Shown here: positions 16,345 through 30,105 of the stretch, one piece after another
How positions within the stretch are numbered: the stretch's first letter is position 1
How the letters are laid out: each line of letters begins with the position of its first letter
DNA from: Myxococcales bacterium
GTDB taxonomy: Bacteria > Myxococcota_A > Polyangia > Haliangiales > Haliangiaceae
Assembly (NCBI GenBank): GCA_043759315.1
Contig: JAYVLW010000136.1
Location: 1-61,566 of the forward strand
Length of the DNA: 61,566 nucleotides
Direction: 5' to 3'
Notes under the pieces: model-generated
What the model was told of the DNA's origin: nothing
Databases searched by the model: none
What the model saw: only the letters and a program-made list of their open reading frames with translations
Position numbers and translations under genes: made by a program

Positions 16345-19300
16345 ATGGCGGATCCGCCTATCCGTCGGCCCGGGACGAAGCCGCCGCCGATCCCGTACGT
16401 TCGCGCGCCGGTAGCACCGTCGCCTGCGAAGACCGATGTCGTCCAGGTCGTTCCGGATCTCGATGAGGTCTCCGAGATCACGAGGAGCGTCAGCGCGCCG
16501 GACTCCGGCGCGCTGGTCCAGCGCATGCTCGAGCTCGTCGCGAGCGAGGCCGAGGCGTTGCTCGTCGGCGACGACGATGGGCGCCTCGCGGATCTGAACG
16601 TCCGTACCGCCCTCGCGAGCTGGGATGCGTTGCACCAGGCCGACGAGGCGATGCGCTTCCTCGAGCTCGCCGATCGCCACCCGCTCGCACCGCGCCTGCG
16701 CTTCGCGGCGGCGCTCGCGAACGGCGGCCCCGAGGCGCTCGTCGCGCTCGAACACCGGATCGTCGAGGAGGCGGGCGCACTCGCGATCGAGCTCGCCGAC
16801 GCGTGGATGTGGCGCCACAGCCGCGCCGACAAGGCTTCGGAGATCGCCGATCATCTGCTCTCGCTCGGCAAGCTTCCGCCGGTGTGGCGCGCCCACGTGA
16901 TCGAACTGGCTGCACTCGCGCACCAGGTTCTCGGCAACTGGGCCCGGGTGATCGAGCTGCGCCGCGCCGAGTTGAGCGTCACCTCGCACCCCGAGGAGGT
17001 CGCCGCGACCGCCGCGCTACTCCTCGATCGCACTGGCGATGCCGCCGCCGCGCTGGCCACCTGCTGGGCGAAGCTCGAGCACTACCCGGGTATCGGCTCG
17101 CTCGACGGCGCGGAGCTCGGCTGGCTCCGCACGTTCGATCTCGCGATCACCGCGGCCACGATCCTCGACGACGAACGCCGCTACGAGATCCTCGACAAGC
17201 GCGCGGAGCTCGTCGCGTCCTTCGCCGGCGGTGGGGCGGAAGCGCTCGCCACACGTCACGCGATCGGAGCCGAGCTCGAACGCGATCGCGAGCACAAGCA
17301 GGCGATGGTGCTGTGGATCCAGCTCGCCGACGACCCCTCGGCGCAACAGCCGGGGGCAGCGCGGCGGATCGCCACGCTTCGCGCCGCGTGGAGCGCTGCC
17401 GGGGCCGTGGATCGGATGGCCGCGCTTGCCGCACATCGTCGGCTCGCGGGCGATCCCACGAGCATCGAGGTCGCCGCGACGCACGCCTGGCGCGCTCTCG
17501 AGCTCGCGCACGCCACGAACGACCCATCGATCGGCGAGCTGGCCCGTGCCGTGGTCGACACGGTCGACAGCCGCGCCGCCGAGCGCTGGCTCGATGCGAT
17601 CGAGCACGCCGCACCGAACGCCGCCACGATGGTCCGGTTCGAGGAGCGCGGCGGCTTGTTCGTGCGGTGGGCCGCGACCATCGCGGAGCGCCGTGGCGAG
17701 CCGGCGAAAGCGATCCAGCTGTGGCAACGCGCCACCAGCGAGCCGACGCTGCCGACGACGCGCGATCATCTCATGCGCCTGTACCGGCAGGGCGACGAGG
17801 ACAACCTCGCCACCGTCTACGCGGCGAGCGCGAAGAGCGATCCCGACGCCCGCTGCGCCGCTGCGCTGTGGTGCGCGCGCGGCATCGTCGATCTCGCCCG
17901 CGGTGACTTTGTCGAAGCCGAGGAGTCGCTGCGCCAGGCGGCAGAGCGCGGGCCCAACGATCCGTTCTGCCGCGCCGCGCTCGCTGCGGTGTATCGCGCC
18001 GGCAAGCACTACGAGCCGCTGGCCCGCGTGCTCTCCGAGCTCGCGACGTCGCTGACCAGCAAGGATGCGCGCGCGCAGGCCGCGCGCGAACACGCGGAGC
18101 TCCTCGACGAGCATCTCGGTGACCCCGCGGGTGCGCGCGCCGCTCTCGAGCGGCTGATCGCCGAGCGCCCGGATGACTGGAACGCGATGCTCACCCTCGC
18201 GCGGCTATGTGATCGCGATCAGCTGTGGCCGCGCGCGATCGAGCTGCGCAGGAAGGCCGCCGCGCTCGCCACCACGCCCGGCCGTCAAGGCGAGATCTGG
18301 ATCGAGATCGCGGTTGCCGAAGAGCTTCGCGGTGACGAAGCCGCCGCGCTGAGCGCTCTGGAGCGCGCCGCCGAGGTCAACCACCCCGATGCACTCCGCG
18401 ATCAGGCGCGCCTGCACCGCCAGGCCGGGCGCCTCGACAAGGTCCTCGCGATCGTGCGCGCCGAGCTCGCCACCGATCCGCCCCTCGCGCGCCGGATGCA
18501 GCTCCAGACCGAGCTCGCGCGCACTCTCACCGAGCTCGATCAGGAGCCGGAGGTCGTGGTCGCCGCGTACCTCGACGTGCTCAGCGTCGAACCGGATCAG
18601 ACCGAGGCGCTGATCGGGATCGAAGAGCCGGCCCGCAAGCTCGGGTTGTGGGACGAGCTCGCCCGCGCCTTCCGTGGCGCACCGCAGACCCCGCGCAACG
18701 TCGAAGTTCTCGCCGAAGCGCTCGCGAAGATCGCCGAGTGGTCCGAGCTCTCCGAGGTCCGCCGCAAGCAGCTCGAGGCTGCGACCTCGCCCGCCGAGAA
18801 AGCGCAGCGGGCCTCCGAGCTCGCAAACCTGTACGAGAACGAGCTTGGCGACACGGACGCTGCGATCCGCATGCTGCTGATCGCGCAGGCAGCCGTCGTC
18901 GACGACAAACGCCAGCAGAATCTGTTGAAGCTCCTCCGCGCCGCGCAGCGCTGGGCCGAGGTCGCCCTCGTCCTGGAGCGCGAGCTGCCGATGATCCGCC
19001 CGACGGACATCGAGCGCCAGGTCACCGTCCTGCTCGAGCTCGGCGAGCTCCGGGCCACTCGGCTCAACCGACAGGCCGATGCGATCGCCGCCTACGAAGG
19101 TGTGCTCGCGCTTCGTGCGGACGAGCCAGCAGCGATCAAGGCCCTCGAGAGCCTGTACGAACAGACCGGCCGCGACCGCGAGCTGGCGCGGATTCTCGAG
19201 GCCCGGGCCGAGGCCACGAAGGACGCCACGGCGCGCGCGCAGCTGTTCGGCCGCGTCGCCACGCTCCGCTCGAATCGCGGCGACGTCGATGGCGCGCTCG

Positions 19301-22300
19301 CGGCATACACCGCGGCGTTTGCCGCCGATCCCACGAACCGCGAGGTGTTCACCGCGATGGAGCGCGTCTGCTACAAGGCGGAGCGCTGGGCCGCGGCGAT
19401 GCAGCTCTACGAGAGTGCGATCGCTCACGTCGAGAATGGCGTGTCACGTGCGTATCGCCTCGGCGATCTGTACTCGCGCCGTGGCAACGTGCAGCTCAAC
19501 TTCCTCGGCCAGATCGATGCAGCCGTGGAGTCGTACCAGAAGGTGATCGAGGTCGACTCCCAGCCGGCGGCCGCGGTGAAGATCCTCGAGCAGCTGTGCA
19601 ACCAGCGCAGCAACTGGCAGCCGCTGATCGACGCCTACGAGAAGCGCGCGGAGACCCAGCGAGATCCGAACCGCAAGACCGAGGCGCTTCGCTCGGCGGC
19701 GCAGCTGTCGGCCGAGCACGCGAGTGACGCGCGCCATTCGATGCGCTTGCAGCGCAAGCTGCTCGCCGTGGATCCCGCCGATGCGGGCGCCGCGAGCACG
19801 CTCGAGCGCTATTACGAAGACGCGCAGGACAAGAGCGGCCTGATCGATGTTCTCAAGATGCGGCTGTCGCAGTCGTCGGGCAAGGCGGAGTCCGTCGAGC
19901 TGCTCAAGCGCATCGCCCGTGTCTCCGAGGAAGGTGCACGCGATGTCGATACGGCGACCGAGCACTACCTCAAGATCCTCGAGCTGCAGCCGGAGAACCG
20001 CGACGCGCTCGACGCGCTCGGCCGCATCTACGAATCCACCGAGCAGTGGGCGGAGTTCATCGAGGTCACGCGCAAGCTGATCAAGGTCACGAACGATCGC
20101 AACACGAAGGCCCTGCTCTACTTCCGCTGCGGCTCCGTGATGGAGGCGAAGTTTGGCCGCGAGCAGGACGCGATTCGCTACTACGACGCCGCGATCAAGA
20201 CCTCGTCCGCATGCCTCCCGGCGGTGCACGGACTCCGCGATCTGTATCGCCGCCGCGAGGAGTGGCCGCGTGTCATCGAGACCCTCGAGCTCGAGGTCAA
20301 GCTGTGGCAGGACGACAAGGAGCGCGCCGGCGTGTTCGCGCAGATCGGCCGCATCCAGGAGAAGCAGCTCGGCGATGCCGAGAAGGCGATGCAGTACTAC
20401 GAGAGCGCGCTCAGCGTGGATCCGGACTGTCTGCCCGCGAACCAGGCGCTGTTCGAACACTTCTTCGATGCCGGTGAGTGGGACAAGGCGCAGCCGCTCG
20501 CCAGTGCGCTCGCACAGAAGGCGATGCGCGATGGCGATCCGAGCACACGCAGCGACTTCTATCGCCGCCGCGGCGTCGTCGCGAAGATGACCGGCGATCC
20601 ACGCGCTGCCGCGGAGAGCTTCATCGTCGCTCTCGAGCTCAAGCCGACGAACGCGGAGGCGCTCGACGACCTCGGCTTGCTCGCGCGTGCGAGTCCGGAG
20701 GCGTGGGAGTTCGAGCTCACGTATCGCGAGCTCGACAAGCTCTACCGCCGCCGCGAGGACGCGGGCGCGCTACTCGCGCGGGTGCACATCGGCCGCGCGG
20801 CGATCATCGAGCGCGACGGAGATCTCGATCAAGCCGCAGAGCTGTATCGCCAGGCCGTGGACCTCGCGCCATCCGACTTCACCGTGCTGTCCGCGCTCGT
20901 CGACTTCCACGCCGACGTCCGGCACTGGTCCGAGGCGATCACCGCGATCCAGAAGTTCACGAACACCAACTCCACGTCACCGGTCGATCGCCTCGCCGCG
21001 CGCATGCGCCAGGCCGTGATCCACGCAGACGGTGAGATGGACGCACACCGTGCCATCGGTGTCCTCCGCGAGGTGATCAAGACGGATCCGGGTCACCAGG
21101 ACGCGTATTACATGCTCGCCCAGCAGTACTTCCTGATCGCGAAGTACCCCGACGCGCGCCAGGCGATCGATCGCGTGATCGAGCTCGCGACCGCGCCGGG
21201 TCAGGGCCTGTCGGCTTCAGCGCTGGCCCGCTACTACTACTACAAGGGCAGGATCCTCGATGCCGCCGGAGATCCGCGCGCGGCCGCGCCGCAGTATCGC
21301 CGCGCCAGCGAGTACGACCCTGGCTACGCACCGCCCGCGCTCGTGCTCGCGCGCCGCGCCGCCGACGGTGGCGATCAACGCCAGGCCGAGACGCTGCTGA
21401 TCGAAGCCGCGCACGCCGCGATGGCCCACGGTGGACCACGCGCCGCCGTGCCGCTCCAGCGCGGTCTCGCCCGTATCCTCCTGGCCTCGGGGGATCGGCC
21501 CGCCGCGATCGAGGCCTACCGCGGCATCCTGAACGTCGAGCCCGATAGCCCGAGCGATCGCGTGGCCCTCGCCGAGATCTACGCGGTCGACGATCCCAGG
21601 CGCGCGATCGGCGAGCTCCGCAAGGTGCTCGAGCGCGACATCCACCACGCCCCCGCGTACCGCCTGCTCGCGTCCTTCTATAACCGGACCGGCGACGTCG
21701 AGCGCGCGAACCGCGTCCTCACCGCGCTCGACCTGCTCGGGTTCGCCGAGGAGGCCGATCGGTCGACCGCACAGCGCCTGCGCGCCACCCGCGTCACCGA
21801 GGCGATGCGCCGCCCGATCTCCGATGATCAGCGCGAACGCCTGTTGATCACCGCCGCCGCTCGCGAGCCGCTCGGCGAGGTGTTCGCCGTGTTCGCCGAG
21901 CAGCTGTCGAGCCTGGTCGCGCAGCCGAGCCTTGGCGAGAACCTCCTGCCCGCACAGGGCACGGAGCCGCGGCTGGTCCAGCTCGCCGCCGAGCTCGGCT
22001 TCCTCTACGAGATCGATGCCGAGGTGTTCGTCGGCGAGAAGGTCCCGGGCCTGTTCGCGGTGACCGCCTACCCGCGCCGCGTCGTCGTGATCGACCGCTC
22101 GCTGCTCGCCGAGAGCGACCTCGCGCTCCGGTTCATGTTCGGCTACGCGTTCGAGGCGATCCGCGGAGGCTACGCGGCGCTGCTCCAGCTCGGAGCGCGT
22201 CATCGCCGCGAGCTCGGTGCGCTACTCCGCGCACTCCTCGCCTCCGACGCCGAGCTCACCGGTCCTGCCGCCGACCTCGTCAATGCGGCGAACGGCGACG

Positions 22301-22572
22301 CGCAGAAGGTGCTCGAATCGCACGCCGGTATCCGGGACGTCGACGCCGGCGCGTGGATGGACGGCATGCTGGCATGCGCGAAGCGGGCCGGACTGCTCGC
22401 GTGCGATGACTTCGCAGCAGCGATCTGGGCTGTCGCCCGCCTCTCGGGCGAGCGCCTCCCCAGTCACGACGCGACCGTCGCGCTGGGCTCGGTGCTCGGA
22501 GGGCCCGACCTGGTGCGGTTCTATCTCTCCGACGACTATCAGCAACTTCGCGACGCGCTGACTGTCGGCTGA
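16345..22572 (+). CDS. giant TPR-repeat protein (2075 aa)
   Basis: Single ORF 16345..22572. Dozens of 34-aa TPR-like units (..A..Y..AL..DP....A...L..). The C-terminal ~300 aa are non-repeat. Confidence 0.85.
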   Translation: MADPPIRRPGTKPPPIPYVRAPVAPSPAKTDVVQVVPDLDEVSEITRSVSAPDSGALVQRMLELVASEAEALLVGDDDGRLADLNVRTALASWDALHQADEAMRFLELADRHPLAPRLRFAAALANGGPEALVALEHRIVEEAGALAIELADAWMWRHSRADKASEIADHLLSLGKLPPVWRAHVIELAALAHQVLGNWARVIELRRAELSVTSHPEEVAATAALLLDRTGDAAAALATCWAKLEHYPGIGSLDGAELGWLRTFDLAITAATILDDERRYEILDKRAELVASFAGGGAEALATRHAIGAELERDREHKQAMVLWIQLADDPSAQQPGAARRIATLRAAWSAAGAVDRMAALAAHRRLAGDPTSIEVAATHAWRALELAHATNDPSIGELARAVVDTVDSRAAERWLDAIEHAAPNAATMVRFEERGGLFVRWAATIAERRGEPAKAIQLWQRATSEPTLPTTRDHLMRLYRQGDEDNLATVYAASAKSDPDARCAAALWCARGIVDLARGDFVEAEESLRQAAERGPNDPFCRAALAAVYRAGKHYEPLARVLSELATSLTSKDARAQAAREHAELLDEHLGDPAGARAALERLIAERPDDWNAMLTLARLCDRDQLWPRAIELRRKAAALATTPGRQGEIWIEIAVAEELRGDEAAALSALERAAEVNHPDALRDQARLHRQAGRLDKVLAIVRAELATDPPLARRMQLQTELARTLTELDQEPEVVVAAYLDVLSVEPDQTEALIGIEEPARKLGLWDELARAFRGAPQTPRNVEVLAEALAKIAEWSELSEVRRKQLEAATSPAEKAQRASELANLYENELGDTDAAIRMLLIAQAAVVDDKRQQNLLKLLRAAQRWAEVALVLERELPMIRPTDIERQVTVLLELGELRATRLNRQADAIAAYEGVLALRADEPAAIKALESLYEQTGRDRELARILEARAEATKDATARAQLFGRVATLRSNRGDVDGALAAYTAAFAADPTNREVFTAMERVCYKAERWAAAMQLYESAIAHVENGVSRAYRLGDLYSRRGNVQLNFLGQIDAAVESYQKVIEVDSQPAAAVKILEQLCNQRSNWQPLIDAYEKRAETQRDPNRKTEALRSAAQLSAEHASDARHSMRLQRKLLAVDPADAGAASTLERYYEDAQDKSGLIDVLKMRLSQSSGKAESVELLKRIARVSEEGARDVDTATEHYLKILELQPENRDALDALGRIYESTEQWAEFIEVTRKLIKVTNDRNTKALLYFRCGSVMEAKFGREQDAIRYYDAAIKTSSACLPAVHGLRDLYRRREEWPRVIETLELEVKLWQDDKERAGVFAQIGRIQEKQLGDAEKAMQYYESALSVDPDCLPANQALFEHFFDAGEWDKAQPLASALAQKAMRDGDPSTRSDFYRRRGVVAKMTGDPRAAAESFIVALELKPTNAEALDDLGLLARASPEAWEFELTYRELDKLYRRREDAGALLARVHIGRAAIIERDGDLDQAAELYRQAVDLAPSDFTVLSALVDFHADVRHWSEAITAIQKFTNTNSTSPVDRLAARMRQAVIHADGEMDAHRAIGVLREVIKTDPGHQDAYYMLAQQYFLIAKYPDARQAIDRVIELATAPGQGLSASALARYYYYKGRILDAAGDPRAAAPQYRRASEYDPGYAPPALVLARRAADGGDQRQAETLLIEAAHAAMAHGGPRAAVPLQRGLARILLASGDRPAAIEAYRGILNVEPDSPSDRVALAEIYAVDDPRRAIGELRKVLERDIHHAPAYRLLASFYNRTGDVERANRVLTALDLLGFAEEADRSTAQRLRATRVTEAMRRPISDDQRERLLITAAAREPLGEVFAVFAEQLSSLVAQPSLGENLLPAQGTEPRLVQLAAELGFLYEIDAEVFVGEKVPGLFAVTAYPRRVVVIDRSLLAESDLALRFMFGYAFEAIRGGYAALLQLGARHRRELGALLRALLASDAELTGPAADLVNAANGDAQKVLESHAGIRDVDAGAWMDGMLACAKRAGLLACDDFAAAIWAVARLSGERLPSHDATVALGSVLGGPDLVRFYLSDDYQQLRDALTVG

Positions 22573-22738
22573 GCATCCTGGCAGGCCGAGATCGGCGACA
22601 CCAGCCTACACAGTTGGACGCAAATCCAGCACCCGCTTGCTGGATCCTCCGACGAGCGCCAGGCTACAATTTGCACGGGCAACAGCTTATGCGGGTGCGT
22701 TGTAATAGACCATACCGCCGTTACGTGGCGGAGGTGCG

Positions 22739-23680
<942 letters not shown>

Positions 23681-23689
23681 GGAGCGTCG

Positions 23690-24160
23690 TCACGAAGTCG
23701 CGGCGACCACGATCTCGGTCTTGACCGAGTTCGAGATGAAGCACTGCTCGTGCGCGTGGTGGTGCAGCGCCACGAGCTCCGCCGCAGTGGGCTGCTTGTC
23801 GCCCGCGAACGCGAGCTCGGGGTGCAAGGTCACCTTGCTGATCCACGGCACGCCATTCGTACCTTTCGTCATGACCCCCACCGCCGCGTCGCGATAGCTC
23901 GTCGGCACCAGGCCCTGCTTTGCCGCGAGATAGAGGAACGTCAGCATGTGGCAGCTCGCGATCGAGGCCACGAACGCCTCCTCCGGGTCCACATGTGCGG
24001 GATTCGACCACGGCGCCGGTACCACCGAAGGCGATGGAGATGCCCGGATGGTGACCCCGCCATCGAACGCCCAGGTGTGCTCGCGCGAGTACTTGCCGCG
24101 CCCGAACTCCTCCGCGGTTGCCGAGCCTTGCCAGCTGATCGTCGCGTGGTGGTCAGACAT
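23690..24160 (-). CDS. OsmC/Ohr family protein
   Basis: ORF 23690..24202, probable start at aa 15 (MSDHHATISW). ..PEEAFVASIASCHMLTFL.. and ..HEQCFISNSV.. are the two conserved Cys contexts. Confidence 0.8.
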   Translation of the reverse strand: MSDHHATISWQGSATAEEFGRGKYSREHTWAFDGGVTIRASPSPSVVPAPWSNPAHVDPEEAFVASIASCHMLTFLYLAAKQGLVPTSYRDAAVGVMTKGTNGVPWISKVTLHPELAFAGDKQPTAAELVALHHHAHEQCFISNSVKTEIVVAATS

Positions 24161-24215
24161 GCGCGGAACGTAGCGCGTGATCTCCGCGTGAAGCGACCCC
24201 ACGGACCGCCGCCGA

Positions 24216-24968
24216 GTGCGTACCGTTCGAACATGGCCGTCGGAAAGCGCTCACTTGACTCGACTCCTCCTGATCCTGACCACCCTCGCGCTCGCAACCT
24301 CCACCGCACGCGCCGACTATGCCGATGACGCCGTCGCCGGCCTGAAGATCGTGAAGGCGATGGCCGACCGGGCGCGGCGCACCATCGCGTTCGGCCCGCA
24401 GGTCGGCTACCTCGGTGCGGTCGATACCCGAGGCACGGGGATGCACGGCATCTCGTTCGGGCTCTCGCTGTACTCCTTCAAGGTGTCCTCGGTCCTCGAC
24501 GTGCAGGACATCGTGAAGGACGCACTGCGTGCCCGCGTCGAGGACGAGATCAAGCGCGTGATCGCCGCCGGAGGAGTCCCGCCGAACCCGAAGGCGCTCG
24601 CCAGGCGGTTCCTGGACGAGATCCAGGACGATCTCGTGGGCCCGGTCCATCCCAAGACTCTCGAGAAGCCGAGGTTCGCGATCATCACCGAGGGTGTGTG
24701 GCTGCTCGCCCCCGGCGGATTCCAGCTGCGCGGCGGCGCGAGCTATGGCATCGGTCCGGTCAGCCTTGGCGTGATGGGCGGCATGCAGCGTGCGAACGGG
24801 GATACGGCGCCGCTCGTGGGCCCCGAGCTGAGCCTGCACCTCACGCCGATCGGCAAGTCGCGGACCCCGGTGATCGACCTCTACACCCGTGCCGACTTCA
24901 CGTTCGAGGACATGCGCACGTCGACGTACTTCGTGTTCGGGGTGCGCGCGCTCGCCGACGTGCTGTGA
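24216..24968 (+). CDS. hypothetical secreted protein
   Basis: ORF 24216..24968 with signal LTRLLLILTTLALATSTARA; alternative TTG start at 24255. High GC3. No recognisable motif. Confidence 0.6.
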   Translation: MRTVRTWPSESAHLTRLLLILTTLALATSTARADYADDAVAGLKIVKAMADRARRTIAFGPQVGYLGAVDTRGTGMHGISFGLSLYSFKVSSVLDVQDIVKDALRARVEDEIKRVIAAGGVPPNPKALARRFLDEIQDDLVGPVHPKTLEKPRFAIITEGVWLLAPGGFQLRGGASYGIGPVSLGVMGGMQRANGDTAPLVGPELSLHLTPIGKSRTPVIDLYTRADFTFEDMRTSTYFVFGVRALADVL

Positions 24969-24981
24969 GTAAGCTCGGCGC

Positions 24982-27408
<2,427 letters not shown>

Positions 27409-27422
27409 CCCGTCACGTGCAG

Positions 27423-27438
27423 GCACGCGCGCGCGTGC
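27423..27438. terminator. perfect 16-nt GC palindrome 15 nt after the glgP stop (weak terminator candidate)
   Basis: gcacgcgcgcgcgtgc is self-complementary and is flanked by direct cgtcacg repeats. No U-tract. Confidence 0.25.
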
Positions 27439-27559
27439 GCCTCGTCACGATCCGAATGCCTCGTCGTCGCGCATGGACGAGCCGCGCGCACCGCCGATCG
27501 CCGTTGGCCGACCGGTTCAGTTCGGATCGAACACTCGCACCGATGGATGAGGCGCGGGT

Positions 27560-28867
27560 ATGATGTCGGGCATGCGGCAGACCCTGATCCTCTTCGGCGT
27601 GCTCGCGACGGCGTGCGGAACCGTCAAGAACGACACCCCGGACGCTCCTCCGCCGATCGATGCACCGGCCAGCTGCCCCGCAGGACAGACCGCCGTGTGC
27701 TCGCAGAACACGCTGACGATGTGCGACGCGACGGGGGCGGTCACCAGCACGTCGACCTGCCCACTCGGGTGCAACGCCACGGAGCCACGCTGCAACAAGG
27801 TCAACCCTTCGAACGGGCTCGCGATGGCGCTCGATGAAGCCGCGCAGGCCCCCGACTTGATCTTGATGGGCATGACGACGATCGACACCGACGCGGGCAC
27901 CATCGTCGATCAGAGCGGCGCACGCACACCTCCGACATCGACGCTGTCCGCCGGGCTACCGGTTGGCGTGTTCGTGGTCAAGGCCAGGGCGATCACCGCG
28001 CAGAACGTGGTCGTCACGGGCACGAAAGCGCTCGCGATCGTCGCCGGCGGCAAGGTCACGCTCAACGGCACGTTCTCGGTCAGCGGCGCGCGCGACATCA
28101 GCGGGGCTGGCGCTCTCGATACGATGTGCCGAGCGGGCAACGGGCTGTCGGGAACCTCCGGGCGATCCGGCGGTGGCGGTGGTGGGTTCGGGACCAAGGG
28201 AGGGAACGGTGGCTCCGGTGCCTCGCCGACCGTCGTCGGTGGTCTTGGCTCCGGTCCCGTCGGCAACGTCGAGTTGGTGCCGCTCCGCGGTGGCTGTCCC
28301 GGGGGACATCCCGGCGGCGGCACGCTCGACGCCGATCCGATCCAGTCGGATCCGGGCGGTGCGGGTGGCGCGCTCCAGATCGTCAGCGCGACCGAGATCG
28401 AGATCGCCAGTGGAGGAGCTATCGCCGCCAACGGAGGTGGAGGGCACAGCCACATTGGGATCCTGCTGTGCCTGGTCAACACGCCCTGTGGCGATGGCGA
28501 GGGCGCGGGCTCCGGCGGCGGGATCCTCCTCGAGGCGCCCATCGTCAGCGTCGCCGCAACCGGCGGCCTGTATGCGAACGGCGGCGGCGGCGCGTGCCAG
28601 ACCTCCGGCGATGCGGCCAGCGGCGCACTGGGTGACGTGCCGGCCGCTGGACAGACGTGTGCGGGCGATACGGGGAGCGGCGGCGCCGGTGCCGCTGCGA
28701 GCATTCCCGCGCTCAACGGTGCCAACGGTACCGGGGCGAACCCGGTCGGCGGTGGAGGCGGCGGCGGCGCAGGACGGATCCGCGTGAACCTCCCGCCCGG
28801 CGTGGCGTTCGCGCCTGTCGGCAAGGTCTCGCCGCCGAGCTCGGCCGGCGTGCTCGGCACGAGGTAG
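27560..28867 (+). CDS. glycine-rich lipoprotein, probable beta-helix/beta-solenoid surface protein
   Basis: ORF 27560..28867. MRQTLILFGVLATACG lipobox, an N-terminal Cys-rich module, then GGxGG / GGGGG-rich repeats. Confidence 0.7.
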   Translation: MMSGMRQTLILFGVLATACGTVKNDTPDAPPPIDAPASCPAGQTAVCSQNTLTMCDATGAVTSTSTCPLGCNATEPRCNKVNPSNGLAMALDEAAQAPDLILMGMTTIDTDAGTIVDQSGARTPPTSTLSAGLPVGVFVVKARAITAQNVVVTGTKALAIVAGGKVTLNGTFSVSGARDISGAGALDTMCRAGNGLSGTSGRSGGGGGGFGTKGGNGGSGASPTVVGGLGSGPVGNVELVPLRGGCPGGHPGGGTLDADPIQSDPGGAGGALQIVSATEIEIASGGAIAANGGGGHSHIGILLCLVNTPCGDGEGAGSGGGILLEAPIVSVAATGGLYANGGGGACQTSGDAASGALGDVPAAGQTCAGDTGSGGAGAAASIPALNGANGTGANPVGGGGGGGAGRIRVNLPPGVAFAPVGKVSPPSSAGVLGTR

Positions 28868-28924
28868 CCGGGACTCGGGAGGGAATCGAGTCCTTCGGGC
28901 TCGGGATCGGGCTATCGTGACCAC

Positions 28925-30067
28925 ATGAGCCCGCGGTGGTTGTGCGCGCTGTGCATCGCGGCCGCATGCGGAGGCGGGGGTGGGGATGTGCCATCAGACG
29001 GGACCACCGTGGACGCACCGGTTCCCGGCGCGACCGTGTTCGCCACGGATCGCCTGCACGTCCTGACGATCGTCGTCGCGCCCCAGTACCTCGATGCGCT
29101 CGACACCGACCTCGACAATCGCGTCCCGTGCGCGCTGACCTTCGATGGCGCGACCGTCCAGGCCGGGATTCGCAAGAAGGGTGGCTACGGCTCGAATGCG
29201 CCGCTCGCTGGCAAGACCGGGTTCAGCCTTCGGTTCGACGGCACCGAGCGGCTCGACGGACTCGCGCGGCTGATCCTGAACAACGCCCAGGAAGATCCGA
29301 CCTTCTTGAGCGAGACCATCGGGTATCTCGCCTACCGCGCGGCCGGGTTGCCGGCACCGCTGACCTCCCACGCCGTGGTCACGTTCAACGGCGAGGACAA
29401 GGGCATCTTCATCGTCAAGGAGCCGATCGGGCGCGACTTCCTGGAGCGGAACTTCGGCGCGAGTAACACCGGGGGCAATGTCTACGAGGGGTTCTACCAT
29501 CCGGCGGATCTGAGCCTCGGCGACTTCGCCACGCACCCGGAGGAGACGGACCTCAAGGACGAGGTGTCCGAGATGCGCTCGCGCGCGGACCTGAACGCGC
29601 TCGCGCAGGCCATCCGGGACACCCCGGACGCGCAATTCGAGGCGGAGATCGCCGCGCGGCTCGATCTCGATCGCTACATCACCGGGTTCGCCCTCGATAC
29701 GATCCTCGGCTTCTGGGATAGCTACGCGTACTTCCGGAACAACTACTACCTCTATCATCTGCCGACGTCGGACCGCTTCGTCTACGTGCCGCACGGCATG
29801 GACCAGCTGCAGTACAGCTCTCCGGGCTCTCCCGTCGGCCTCCTCGCGCAACGGATCCGGTCGATCGCAACGCTGGATGCCCGCGTCGACGCCCGGATCG
29901 CATCGCTCCGAGCGGCGTGGCCACAGGCGACGCTCGCGACGCAGATCGATCAGGTCGAAGCGATCCTGAGCTCTCCCCCCGCGGGGATGCGGACGAGCGC
30001 CGACACCGCCAGCTTCCGGTCGGAGGTTGCGGATGTGCGCGCGCGTGTTCGAGCGCTCGGCCCTTAG
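28925..30067 (+). CDS. CotH family (atypical kinase fold) lipoprotein
   Basis: ORF 28925..30067. LCALCIAAACGG lipobox. ..IRKKGGYGS..FSLRFD..LILNNAQEDPTFLSE..NVYEGFY..DRYITGFALDTILGFWDSYAY..NNYYLYH.. matches the CotH pattern. Confidence 0.75.
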   Translation: MSPRWLCALCIAAACGGGGGDVPSDGTTVDAPVPGATVFATDRLHVLTIVVAPQYLDALDTDLDNRVPCALTFDGATVQAGIRKKGGYGSNAPLAGKTGFSLRFDGTERLDGLARLILNNAQEDPTFLSETIGYLAYRAAGLPAPLTSHAVVTFNGEDKGIFIVKEPIGRDFLERNFGASNTGGNVYEGFYHPADLSLGDFATHPEETDLKDEVSEMRSRADLNALAQAIRDTPDAQFEAEIAARLDLDRYITGFALDTILGFWDSYAYFRNNYYLYHLPTSDRFVYVPHGMDQLQYSSPGSPVGLLAQRIRSIATLDARVDARIASLRAAWPQATLATQIDQVEAILSSPPAGMRTSADTASFRSEVADVRARVRALGP

Positions 30068-30105
30068 CAAAGCGTGGGGGAAATCAGCCGTTCGATGCGA
30101 GCGAC

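Noticed and set aside
22630-22690. Sigma-54-type promoter (TGGCAC-N5-TTGC) upstream of the STAS/zinc-ribbon gene: aggctacaatttgca and ccagcacccgcttgc
   Set aside because: In both candidates the GG-to-GC spacing is one nucleotide short of the strict -24/-12 spacing, and the GG is imperfect in the second. A TACAAT at 22665-22670 has only a weak -35. No promoter call is supportable by eye.
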